Source of the DNA: Promethearchaeota archaeon
GTDB lineage: Archaea; Asgardarchaeota; Lokiarchaeia; Sigyniarchaeales; SOKP01
Assembly (NCBI GenBank): GCA_048938025.1
Contig: JBHLMP010000026.1
Span: 18,600-55,010, forward strand
Direction: 5' to 3'
Length of the DNA stretch: 36,411 bases
Notes under the pieces: model-generated
Seen by the model: the letters and a program-made list of their open reading frames with translations, nothing else
The model's database searches: none
What the model was told of the DNA's origin: nothing
Part shown: one piece after another, positions 17,354 through 26,675 of the stretch
Numbering within the stretch: the stretch's first letter is position 1
Layout: each line of letters opens with the position of its first letter
Translations under genes and position numbers: made by a program

Positions 17354-19099
17354 TTGAAAAAAATTAAAAGACAAAATTCAAGAAGTAATAACGATAAAAG
17401 GATATTGATTGCTTGCATAGGTCAATGTGTACATGTTGCGGGGGCTCATAATTTTATGAACATCGCTACCCACCTCGGTTATGAATGTAAATTTTTAGGT
17501 CCAGCAACCCCAATTTGGAAATTAATAAATGAAATGCAAAATTATAACCCTGGAATTGTTGGATTAAGCTATCGTCTTACCCCATCAACCGTAAAACCAT
17601 TACTTAAGAACTTTTTTAAAAATTTTGAAAATATAGAAAACAAACCAAGTAAGTTATACTTTGCAGGAACTTCAGAAGTCATCAATGTTGCAAAAGAGTT
17701 CAAACAGTTTAATGAATACTTCATAGGAGGTGAATCAAAACATAGAGTGATCGCAATTTTAAAAGATGAGAAACAACATGTTAAAAGCAAATTAGACATT
17801 CCAATGGATTTAATATCAAGAATAGAATGGAAAAAGCCATATCCGATAATTAGAGCGCATTTTGGTTTATCCAATTTTAAAGAAACCGTAAGAGGAATCA
17901 AAATAATAGCGAATGCTGAAGTTTTAGATGTGATTTCCATTGCCCCTGATCAAAACACGCAGGCTAATTATTTTCATCCTGAGCAGCAAATTCAAGAGTT
18001 ATCTGGAGCTGGAGGTGTTCCCTTAAGAACTGAGGAGGATTTTCTTAAATTACATAAAGCAAGATTAACAGGAAACCATCCACTGCTAAGAATTTATGCC
18101 GGAACAAGAGATTTCATTAAACTAGCTGAATTATACCAACGCACAATAAAAAATGTTTGGGCAGCTATTCCTATTTTCTGGTTTAATCAAATGGATGGGA
18201 GAGGACCCCTATCCTTAAAAGAATCTATAAAACAACACTTAAAAACAATTCAATGGTATGCTGAAAATGATGTACCAGTAGAGATAAACGATCCTCACCA
18301 TTGGAGTCTTAGAGATGCACCAGATGTAATCGCTGTTGCGGATATGTATTTATCAGGAATTATAGCAAAGAAATTAGGTGTTAAATATTTTATAGCACAA
18401 TACATGTTTAATACTCCTCCATCAAGCTCGCTTGACATGGATTTCGCCAAAATTTTGGCTAAAGATGAGCTTCTTCAAACTTTAGTAGATAATTCATTTT
18501 CAGTAATTAAACAAGTTAGAACCGGATTGGCAAGTTTTCCAATAGATTTAGATAAGGCTAAAGGACAGCTAGCTGCAGCCACTTTAATACAATTAGCAAT
18601 AAAACCTGATATTGTTCATGTTGTTAGTTATTCTGAAGCTAATCATGCTGCTCGTCCAGATGATATTATTGAAAGTTGCAACATTGTGGATCAAGTAATA
18701 AATACTTCATTTTCCAGTAAATTAAATTTTATTGATAAGAAAATTAGGAAAAGGAAAGAAGAATTAATAAGAGAAGCCCAATGGATTATTAATCTGATTC
18801 CTCGCTTAGCAAAAACATATGAGGAACAAAAAAACCCGTTGATAAACTATAAAATTTTAAATCGGCTCGTAGAATATGGAATTTTTGATGCTCCTCATTT
18901 AAAGAATAATCCATTTGCATTAGGGAAAATTAAAACGAAAATTATTAATGGTGCTTGTTGCTCTTGGGACATTAAACACCAAAAGGTAATTAATGAGAGA
19001 GAAAGGATTAAAAAAATCGTTGAAAAGTGTTCTAATATATTAATATCAGAAGATAAATTCCAAAAAGAATTCTTTTATGGTAAGGTGATGAATGAATGA
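17354..19099 (+). CDS. Cobalamin-binding domain fused to a glutamate mutase E-like TIM barrel (uncharacterised B12-dependent enzyme)
   Basis: N-terminal IACIGQCVHVAG...VGLSYRL B12-binding fold; downstream blocks PLLRIYAGTRD..LAE, AKKLGVK, FPIDLDKAKG..AAT, SEA, GIFDAP are collinear with GlmE as recalled. Confidence 0.75.
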   Translation: MKKIKRQNSRSNNDKRILIACIGQCVHVAGAHNFMNIATHLGYECKFLGPATPIWKLINEMQNYNPGIVGLSYRLTPSTVKPLLKNFFKNFENIENKPSKLYFAGTSEVINVAKEFKQFNEYFIGGESKHRVIAILKDEKQHVKSKLDIPMDLISRIEWKKPYPIIRAHFGLSNFKETVRGIKIIANAEVLDVISIAPDQNTQANYFHPEQQIQELSGAGGVPLRTEEDFLKLHKARLTGNHPLLRIYAGTRDFIKLAELYQRTIKNVWAAIPIFWFNQMDGRGPLSLKESIKQHLKTIQWYAENDVPVEINDPHHWSLRDAPDVIAVADMYLSGIIAKKLGVKYFIAQYMFNTPPSSSLDMDFAKILAKDELLQTLVDNSFSVIKQVRTGLASFPIDLDKAKGQLAAATLIQLAIKPDIVHVVSYSEANHAARPDDIIESCNIVDQVINTSFSSKLNFIDKKIRKRKEELIREAQWIINLIPRLAKTYEEQKNPLINYKILNRLVEYGIFDAPHLKNNPFALGKIKTKIINGACCSWDIKHQKVINERERIKKIVEKCSNILISEDKFQKEFFYGKVMNE

Positions 19100-20367
19100 G
19101 ATTTTGCGTAATTGGTGCAGGATCAGGTGGTAGAGCATTTGCTGCCTATATTTCTTCGAAAGGATTCCCAGTCTCACTTTATAACCGCTCTTATTCAAGA
19201 ATAAGTGCTATTAAACAAAAAGGAGGAATTAAAGCAAAAGGTGCACTAGAAGGTTTTTTTCCTCTTGAATTAATTACGCAAAACTTAAAATTGGCTATTA
19301 AAGACGCAGATGTAATAATGATTGTCATTCCTGCTTCAGGTCATAAGAGTATTGCAAAAAAATTGGCTCCTATATTATCTAATAATCAAATCATAATATT
19401 AAATCCAGGAAGAACATTTGGTTCAGTAGAAGTCAAAAGAATTATTGATAAGAAAAACGGGAAGAATTTCATTAGAGTTGGTGAGACTCAGACACTCCTT
19501 TTTACGTCAAGAGAATTAGCTGGAAATGAGGTTAATATAATTACAATTAAAGATGCAGTTGATTTTTCAACTTTTCCCGGTAAATTTACATTTTTAGTAT
19601 ATGATTTGTTAAAAGAAGTATTCCCTCAACTTATTCCTGTTGAGAATTACCTCGAAGTGACTTTAAATAATATAGGAATGTTATTACATCCTGCGATATC
19701 TTTATTAAATGCAGGTATGATGGATTTTGGTAAAAAATTTAAGTTTTATAAAGAAGGAGCTACTCCACGAGTATGTGAAGTACTCGAGAATATTGAATTA
19801 GAGCTAAATGAAATTTTTTTAAAGTTAGGATTAAAACAATTAAAATATCATAAATGGGTAAAAAAGTCCTATGGTGTTAATACAGATAAGATTTATGAAT
19901 CTATTCAAAATGTCGAAGCATACAAAAACATAAATGCTCCTGATAAATTGATAACAAGATATTTTACAGAAGATGTATCTACGGGGCTTGTACCAGTTGT
20001 TTCATTAGCCAAGTTCTTAAATATATCCACACCTACAATTAACGCAATAATTCATTTATCTAGTATTTTATGTGGTGAAGATTTTAAGAAAACAGGAAGG
20101 ACCTTACAAAACCTCAAATTATTTGATTTCTTTGTAAACTATTTAAAAGATTTAAAAATTTTGGAATGGAACTTAAAAGGGTATTACAAAATAAAACAAA
20201 TTTTTTCACATCCAAGAGATTTTAAGATTTGTTCTATTTGTGACACTATAAATTCATTAAATAACAAATTTTGCTGGGTTTGTCATTTCAATAATTTTAG
20301 AGAATTAAAACTAGAAGATAGAATGATAATTAATAAAAAGGATCCTAATGTACTGATAAGAACCTAA
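19096..20367 (+). CDS. NAD(P)-dependent opine (octopine/nopaline-family) dehydrogenase with C-terminal zinc-ribbon
   Basis: GAGSGG Rossmann motif, LNPGRTFG, NIGMLLHP, FYKEGATP, RYFTEDVSTGLVP; tail CSIC-x10-CWVC; ATGA overlap with the upstream gene. Confidence 0.88.
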   Translation: MRFCVIGAGSGGRAFAAYISSKGFPVSLYNRSYSRISAIKQKGGIKAKGALEGFFPLELITQNLKLAIKDADVIMIVIPASGHKSIAKKLAPILSNNQIIILNPGRTFGSVEVKRIIDKKNGKNFIRVGETQTLLFTSRELAGNEVNIITIKDAVDFSTFPGKFTFLVYDLLKEVFPQLIPVENYLEVTLNNIGMLLHPAISLLNAGMMDFGKKFKFYKEGATPRVCEVLENIELELNEIFLKLGLKQLKYHKWVKKSYGVNTDKIYESIQNVEAYKNINAPDKLITRYFTEDVSTGLVPVVSLAKFLNISTPTINAIIHLSSILCGEDFKKTGRTLQNLKLFDFFVNYLKDLKILEWNLKGYYKIKQIFSHPRDFKICSICDTINSLNNKFCWVCHFNNFRELKLEDRMIINKKDPNVLIRT

Positions 20368-20543
20368 ATTTTTTTTAATATAGGGCATATAAAATATGCT
20401 ACATTTTAGCAATCCTTTCGATTACTATAGATTAACGTTTGATAATGATTATTCTCATAAAAAACTAACATTAAATCATAATTAACGAATGAAGTTTAAA
20501 TTTGAAATGAAATTGCTTAAAATAGAATGGAAGGAAAATCTTC

Positions 20544-21893
20544 TTATTGCCCAAATTGTTCTATAATGTTATAAATTTCTTCAATGAGATTAGTTAATTC
20601 AATAGTTTTTTGATCTTCTGTCTTCATGTTTCTAACTGTAATTTCATTTTTTTCCATTTCTTGAGGTCCAATAATTAAAGTTATCAATACTCCAAGCTCA
20701 TTTGCTCTACTTAATTGACTTTTTAAATTTTTAAATCGATAATCAATTAAGCATGGAAGTTCCTCATTACGAATAATTTTAGCAACTTGATAAGTATAGT
20801 TAAATACTTCGTCATTAATTGATGCGATATAAATTGTATCAGTATAATCTTTTTCTCGAATTTCTTCAGGAATTAAGCCATATGTTTTAAGGAACAAAGA
20901 GAGCATTAAAACACCCATACCAAATCCAGTACCAGTTATTTTTTCATCTGAAAATAGTGATAATAAATCATCATATCGACCTCCTCCGAAAATACTTCTT
21001 ATATTCTCTTTTCCAGTGTCAAATACTTCATAAATAATTCCTGTATAGTAATCTAAACCTCTCACAGTACCAGAAGAAAAAGTACAATAGTCTGAAATTC
21101 CTACCTCAGATAATAAGCTTTCAAAATCAATTAATTCAAGATAACCTATAGAATTGTAAAATTCTTTAGGGATATCATTAAACTTCTCTAATAATTCTTT
21201 TACGCTTTTCGCATCTTTTAATTTAAATATCCCTTGTATTAACATTTCGTCATTAAAAGTATCAATTACATATTTCTCAAACTCATTATCTTCCATTTTG
21301 TCTGATTTATCTAATATCTTGTATACGAGGGGTATTTTATTTTCATTTATTTTAAGTATAAATTTACAAATTGAGTCCATGAATCGTCGACTGTTATAAT
21401 AAATTTGAAATTGATCTGATGTGGCTCCAAATTCAGTAAATATATCTATAATTATATTAAATATTTCAAGATCAGCGTAAAGGCTCTCATCCCCAAGAAT
21501 GTCAAAATTAGGCTGTTTAAAGGATCTTTTCCTACCTTTTTGAGGTCTTTCATAGCGATAACAAGTTGGAATTGAAAACCATCTTATTGGTTTTTTTAGT
21601 TCTTGACTTTTTTTCGCTACCATTCGTGCTAAGGATGGTGTAAGCTCTGGTATAAGTATTAGTCTTTCTCCTTCTTTTTTTTCGACAATAAAAGATTGTT
21701 CATTAACTAATTCATCAGAAGACTTAGCAGCAAAGATTTCAATTGGTTCTAAAAGAGGAGATTCAAATTCTTCATAACAATATCTCTCGGCTACATCCCT
21801 TATTGTTTCAATTATCCAATTTACCTCGCGTAATTCAGATGGATAATAGTCTTCCATTCCACGAATTGGCTGTGTACTGAATTTTTTGGACAT
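20544..21893 (-). CDS. hisS: Histidine--tRNA ligase
   Basis: RGMEDY, PELTPSLAR, YRYERPQKGR, VRGLDYYTG, GGGRYD, C-terminal anticodon-binding domain. Confidence 0.97.
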   Translation of the reverse strand: MSKKFSTQPIRGMEDYYPSELREVNWIIETIRDVAERYCYEEFESPLLEPIEIFAAKSSDELVNEQSFIVEKKEGERLILIPELTPSLARMVAKKSQELKKPIRWFSIPTCYRYERPQKGRKRSFKQPNFDILGDESLYADLEIFNIIIDIFTEFGATSDQFQIYYNSRRFMDSICKFILKINENKIPLVYKILDKSDKMEDNEFEKYVIDTFNDEMLIQGIFKLKDAKSVKELLEKFNDIPKEFYNSIGYLELIDFESLLSEVGISDYCTFSSGTVRGLDYYTGIIYEVFDTGKENIRSIFGGGRYDDLLSLFSDEKITGTGFGMGVLMLSLFLKTYGLIPEEIREKDYTDTIYIASINDEVFNYTYQVAKIIRNEELPCLIDYRFKNLKSQLSRANELGVLITLIIGPQEMEKNEITVRNMKTEDQKTIELTNLIEEIYNIIEQFGQ

Positions 21894-22070
21894 CTAATCA
21901 CTTAAACTAAGTTTATTTAGAATTAAATTTAAAAAAGAATATTCTCAAATATTTTTTTCGATTTATCAGTAATCTTTTTCTAATTTTTTATATGTAATTT
22001 ACTAAGCTTTTAATTATTATAAATAAAATTTTTAAATAAATGAATAAATTACTGTTTAGGAGATACTGAA

Positions 22071-22718
22071 ATGTCCCAAGAGGAGATATATACAGAAATG
22101 TGCAATGCAATTGTTAATTTAGATGAACAAAAAGCTATAAATCTAGCTAACAAGGCAATTAATGAAGACATAGATTTACTTAAAGTTATTGAGAATGGAT
22201 ATGCTGCTGGGATTAGACGAGTAGGGGAATTATGGGAAGACGGAGAATATTTCTTACCAGAATTAATGAAAGGAGCACAGATTATGCAAAATTGCATGGA
22301 CATCATTATTCCCCATCTCCAGAAAGGTTCAGAAAGAGTAAATCTTGGAACTGTAGTAATCGCAACGATTGAGGGTGATATCCACTCAATTGGGAAAACA
22401 ATTGTTGCTACAATGTTAAGAGCTTATGGTTTTGAAGTTTTTGATTTAGGAGCAGATGTTCCAGCTGAAAAAATTATTGACATTGCGATTGAAAAGAATG
22501 CAGATATTATTGGTGTTTCAGCACTCTTAACAACAACGATGATTGGTCAGAAAAAAATTATTGATCTTTTAAAAGAAAAAAATCTAGCAGACAAGTTCAA
22601 GGTAATTTTTGGTGGCGCTCCAGTAACAACTACATGGGTAGAAGAATGTAACGCTGATGGATTTGCTGATAATGCTATTGAAGCTGTCAAATTAGTGAAA
22701 TCTCTTTTAGATAAATAA
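22071..22718 (+). CDS. Methyltransferase cognate corrinoid protein (MttC/MtbC-like)
   Basis: Cap domain GEYFLPEL, GDIHSIGK (DxHxxG), SALLTTT, GGAP. Confidence 0.93.
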   Translation: MSQEEIYTEMCNAIVNLDEQKAINLANKAINEDIDLLKVIENGYAAGIRRVGELWEDGEYFLPELMKGAQIMQNCMDIIIPHLQKGSERVNLGTVVIATIEGDIHSIGKTIVATMLRAYGFEVFDLGADVPAEKIIDIAIEKNADIIGVSALLTTTMIGQKKIIDLLKEKNLADKFKVIFGGAPVTTTWVEECNADGFADNAIEAVKLVKSLLDK

Positions 22719-22749
22719 AAATTGAAGGTTTTAGAGAGGTTAGATACAA

Positions 22750-23628
22750 TTGTTATTTAATGACTGGTTGAAAGATAATTCTAAAATTATTCTATTTAAT
22801 GGTGCTATGGGTACAGAATTAATTAAAAGAGGACTAACACCTGGGAAAATTCCAGATTTAATGAACATCGAAAATCCTGATATGATTATTGATGTTCATA
22901 AATCATATTATAAGGCAGGTTCTGATATGTGCCAAACGAATACCTTTGGTTCAACACCAATGAATTTAAAGCGATATAAACTAGACAATCAAATTGAAGA
23001 CATTATTACAAAAGCATTAGAAAATATTAGAAAAGCATGTCCTGAAGGTCATTTAATTGTTGCAGATATTGGTCCTACTGGTGAATTTAGATTACCTGTA
23101 GGAAGTGCTACTACTGAACAGTGGCATTCTAGTTTTTCTATTCAAGCAAAATTATTAGAGAAAGGAGTTGATCTTTGGCATATTGAAACGATTTCCGATA
23201 TCGAAGAGATGATAACAGCGATTAAAGCAATTAGAGGTGTTTCTAAAAAACCGATAATCGCGTCAATGACATATAATAAAACAAAACGAGGATTTTTTAC
23301 AATAATGGGTGATTCTTTGGAAAAATGCATTCAATTATTAGAAAATGAAAAAGTAGATGTAATTGGAGCGAATTGCACCATTGGTTCTAAAGAAATGGTT
23401 GAATTATTTAAAATTGCCGTTAATCTTACTAATAAACCGTTTTCAGTAAAACCTAATGCTGGAAAGCCAAGAATTGAGGGAACAAGGACATATTATGAAC
23501 AACCAATAGAAGATTTTGCCAAAGATATTTATGAAATGATACAAAATGGCGCTAAAATAGTAGGGGGATGTTGTGGGACGTCTCCTCAAACAATTAGAGA
23601 ACTTAGAAGAATTATTGATTCGATTTAA
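22750..23628 (+). CDS. Stand-alone homocysteine S-methyltransferase domain (MetH N-terminal-like)
   Basis: GAMGTEL, TNTFG, DIGPTG, ET..D, GANC, KPNAG.P, GGCCG zinc ligands; TTG start. Confidence 0.92.
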   Translation: MLFNDWLKDNSKIILFNGAMGTELIKRGLTPGKIPDLMNIENPDMIIDVHKSYYKAGSDMCQTNTFGSTPMNLKRYKLDNQIEDIITKALENIRKACPEGHLIVADIGPTGEFRLPVGSATTEQWHSSFSIQAKLLEKGVDLWHIETISDIEEMITAIKAIRGVSKKPIIASMTYNKTKRGFFTIMGDSLEKCIQLLENEKVDVIGANCTIGSKEMVELFKIAVNLTNKPFSVKPNAGKPRIEGTRTYYEQPIEDFAKDIYEMIQNGAKIVGGCCGTSPQTIRELRRIIDSI

Positions 23629-23658
23629 AATTAAAACTCAAGAGGAGAAAATTTTATC

Positions 23659-25086
23659 ATGCCAATTATTAGACCAAAAATTAATTTGTTAGATACTGAA
23701 CATAAGAAATCAATTTTTAATGAAGCTAAATCAATATTAGAGACTCAAGGAGTATTCGTTGAAAATCAAGAAGCAAAAGAGTTATTTAACCAGCATGAAA
23801 TTGATTTTAAAGGTTCACGTTATTTTATTCCACATGATTTAGTAGATAAATGTTTAGCCTCTGTACCTAGAGAAATAACTTTGTACGATAGAGAAGGAAA
23901 TGAGTATATTCATTTAAAGGATGATGAAGTTCATTTCAATCCTGGTTCTGCTGCGATATTTATTCTTGATGAAAATACTGGAATAATTAGAGAAGCTTTG
24001 TCTAAAGATTTTATTCGCTTTTCAAAAGTCGTTGAGCACTTAAAATTTATTGAAGCTCAAAGTACAGCTTTAATTTATAAAGATGTTCCTAATGTAGCTC
24101 AGGACTGGCATCGATTATATATAGCTTTATCTAATTGTTATAAACCGGTAGTAACCGGAACATTTCGTAAAGAAAGTTTTTCAATCATGCGGGAAATACT
24201 ATTAACTTGCAGGTTATCTGAAAATGATTTGGTAAAAAAACCACTAGCTATCTTTGACGCATGTCCAAGTCCTCCATTGAAGTGGTCTGATCTTACAACT
24301 CAATCTTTAATTGATGCGGCTAAAAGTATGATACCATCTGAATTTGTCTCAATGCCCTTAGCAGGTGCGAGCGCACCCATAACATTAATAGGATCTATTA
24401 CACAACATTGTGCGGAATGCTTGGCTGGAGTTGTAATTGCTCAATTAACAAAGTCTGGTGCACCCTTAGTATGGGGAGGTTCTCCGGCAGTATTTGATAT
24501 GAAACAAGGTACTACTCCCATGGGTGCAATAGAGACAATGATGATAAACATCGGAGATATTGAAATGGGAAAATTCTTGAATATGCCTACTCATGCATAT
24601 ATGAGTTTAAGTGATTCCAAAGTTCCAGATAGCCAAGCAGGTTTTGAAGCAGGAATAGGAGCTATTTTAGCAGCACTTGCTGGAAATAATATGGTTTCTG
24701 GTCCTGGGATGTTAGATTTTGAATCTACGCAAAGTATAGAAAAATTAATAATTGATAATGAAATTGTAGGAATGGTAAAACGATTTATCCAAGGGATAGA
24801 GGATTATGGTTCTCCTTTTGCATCTGAAATTATAAAAGATTATGAAGAAACTCAAGAACTATTATCTCATCCAACAACTTTAAAACATTTTAGAAAAGAA
24901 TTATTCATTCCAAGTCCTATTATTGATAGAACAACTCGTGATACTTGGAAAGCATTAGGATCTAAATCTGCAAGAAAAAGAGCTAGAGAAGAGGCTGCTA
25001 AATTAGTAAACAAAGCACCGATAAGGCCTATTGATGAATCTCTTAATAAAGATTTAGATAATATAGTGGAAAATGCATTAAAATAA
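23659..25086 (+). CDS. MttB-superfamily methylamine/betaine:corrinoid methyltransferase, non-pyrrolysine
   Basis: SPPLKW, MPLAGASAPITLIG, DSKVPDSQAGFE, GMLDFE...EKLIIDNEI; no in-frame TAG. Confidence 0.9.
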   Translation: MPIIRPKINLLDTEHKKSIFNEAKSILETQGVFVENQEAKELFNQHEIDFKGSRYFIPHDLVDKCLASVPREITLYDREGNEYIHLKDDEVHFNPGSAAIFILDENTGIIREALSKDFIRFSKVVEHLKFIEAQSTALIYKDVPNVAQDWHRLYIALSNCYKPVVTGTFRKESFSIMREILLTCRLSENDLVKKPLAIFDACPSPPLKWSDLTTQSLIDAAKSMIPSEFVSMPLAGASAPITLIGSITQHCAECLAGVVIAQLTKSGAPLVWGGSPAVFDMKQGTTPMGAIETMMINIGDIEMGKFLNMPTHAYMSLSDSKVPDSQAGFEAGIGAILAALAGNNMVSGPGMLDFESTQSIEKLIIDNEIVGMVKRFIQGIEDYGSPFASEIIKDYEETQELLSHPTTLKHFRKELFIPSPIIDRTTRDTWKALGSKSARKRAREEAAKLVNKAPIRPIDESLNKDLDNIVENALK

Positions 25087-25216
25087 TCTTTACTTTATGC
25101 TTAAATTTTTAAAAAGTGAGTGAGTGGTTTTAGAAACACTTAAATTAATTTAAATTGAAATTTATAACTATTAAAATATTAGTTTATATAAATCAATTAA
25201 TCAGCAAAATGAAAAA

Positions 25217-25489
25217 ATGCCAAAATTAATAGAAAATAAAGAGAAAAAGTTCACTCTTTTCTTAAATAAAGATAGATGTGGGGGATGTCGAGCATGCATC
25301 GCTATATGTCCCACAGGTATTTTAGAACTTAGCGATGAATTGAACTACAGGATTGCTTATGTTCCAAAAGTTAAAGAAGGAAAAGCAAAATATTGTACAG
25401 GATGTAGAAGATGTGAATATTGTTGTCCTGATTGGTGTATTTATGTTTTAGAAGAAGAAGAAACTCAAGCTGAAAGAGCTAAGACTTAA
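25217..25489 (+). CDS. 2[4Fe-4S] ferredoxin, 2-oxoacid:ferredoxin oxidoreductase delta subunit
   Basis: CGGCRACIAICP and CTGCRRCEYCCPD; first gene of the kor-like operon. Confidence 0.9.
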   Translation: MPKLIENKEKKFTLFLNKDRCGGCRACIAICPTGILELSDELNYRIAYVPKVKEGKAKYCTGCRRCEYCCPDWCIYVLEEEETQAERAKT

Positions 25490-25508
25490 AGAGGTGAATA
25501 AAAAGAAT

Positions 25509-26675
25509 ATGAAAAATAATAAAAGGTATTTACCAGAAGGGAAATATGTAATGATGGGAAATGTTGCAATGGCAGAAGGTGCATTAGCTGCCGGATTGAG
25601 CTTTTTTGGAGGTTATCCTATAACTCCTTCAACTGAGATCATAGAACATCTCTCCAAAAGATTGTTAGAGGTTGGAGGAAGTTGTATGCAAATGGAAGAT
25701 GAATTAGCATCAATAAACGCTGTCATCGGGGCTTCTTTAGTTGGTGCAAAAGCAATGACGGCAACTTCAGGGCCAGGTCTTTCTTTAATGGTTGAAACAA
25801 TTTCAATGGCAGCAAATTTAGAAATTCCATTCGTTTTATGTGACGTTCAGCGCGTTGGCCCTGGTAGTCATGGACCTGTAACTGCCCCTCATCATAATGA
25901 TTTAGGATTGATACGTTTTGCGGGTCATGGGGAGTTTCAAATTATTGCATTAGCACCTATGAACTGTCAAGAACTCTTTGATTTAACGATACAGGCTTTT
26001 AATCTTGCTGAGACTTATCGATGTCCAGTTTTTATTCTCTCTGATGCCTATTTAGGACATCTTCATGAACCTATTTATATTCCACCAAAAGAAGAATTAA
26101 TGAAGAGAGTTATTAATCGTGAATTACCTCAAGATTATACTAAGAAGTTCTCTTATAAGAATGATAGTACTGGAGAATACGTGATCCCAAACCCTCCAAT
26201 AATCGGTACAGATTATTTTCCATTAATGCCTCTTCATCTACCTCATAACTATGAAGGGCTTCCTAAAGCTGATATGTTAGGTTTCATGGAAGTTCTTATT
26301 GAAAAGATAAAAACAAATATAGATGAAATTTCTATAATAGATGAATACAGATTGGACGATGTGGATATTGTTATTATTGCATATGGTCTACCAGTAAGAA
26401 CCTGTTATCATGCAGTTGATATAGCCAGGAAGGAAGGAATAAAAGTTGGAATATTTAGATTAGTAACAGTATGGCCTTTTCCAGATGAAAAAGTAAAGAA
26501 AGTAGTTAAAAATGCTAAAGCCATTATTGTCCCAGAGTTAAATTACACAGGATTCATTGCTGAACAAGTAGAAAGAGTAACTAATCCTGAAACACCAATA
26601 ATTAAAATTCCTAAAGTAGGTGAATTTCATCATCCAAATGATATATTAAAAGTTATAAAGGAGGTCTCAAAATAA
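25509..26675 (+). CDS. 2-oxoacid:ferredoxin oxidoreductase alpha subunit (KorA-like)
   Basis: GYPITPSTE, QMEDE, TATSGPG, QRVGP, VPELN. ATG at 25509 preferred because the GTG at 25494 lies inside the SD-like GAGGTGA. Confidence 0.93.
   Translation: MKNNKRYLPEGKYVMMGNVAMAEGALAAGLSFFGGYPITPSTEIIEHLSKRLLEVGGSCMQMEDELASINAVIGASLVGAKAMTATSGPGLSLMVETISMAANLEIPFVLCDVQRVGPGSHGPVTAPHHNDLGLIRFAGHGEFQIIALAPMNCQELFDLTIQAFNLAETYRCPVFILSDAYLGHLHEPIYIPPKEELMKRVINRELPQDYTKKFSYKNDSTGEYVIPNPPIIGTDYFPLMPLHLPHNYEGLPKADMLGFMEVLIEKIKTNIDEISIIDEYRLDDVDIVIIAYGLPVRTCYHAVDIARKEGIKVGIFRLVTVWPFPDEKVKKVVKNAKAIIVPELNYTGFIAEQVERVTNPETPIIKIPKVGEFHHPNDILKVIKEVSK

Noticed and set aside
23659-25086. Pyrrolysine-containing trimethylamine methyltransferase
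   Set aside because: No in-frame TAG; the ORF is uninterrupted and full length.
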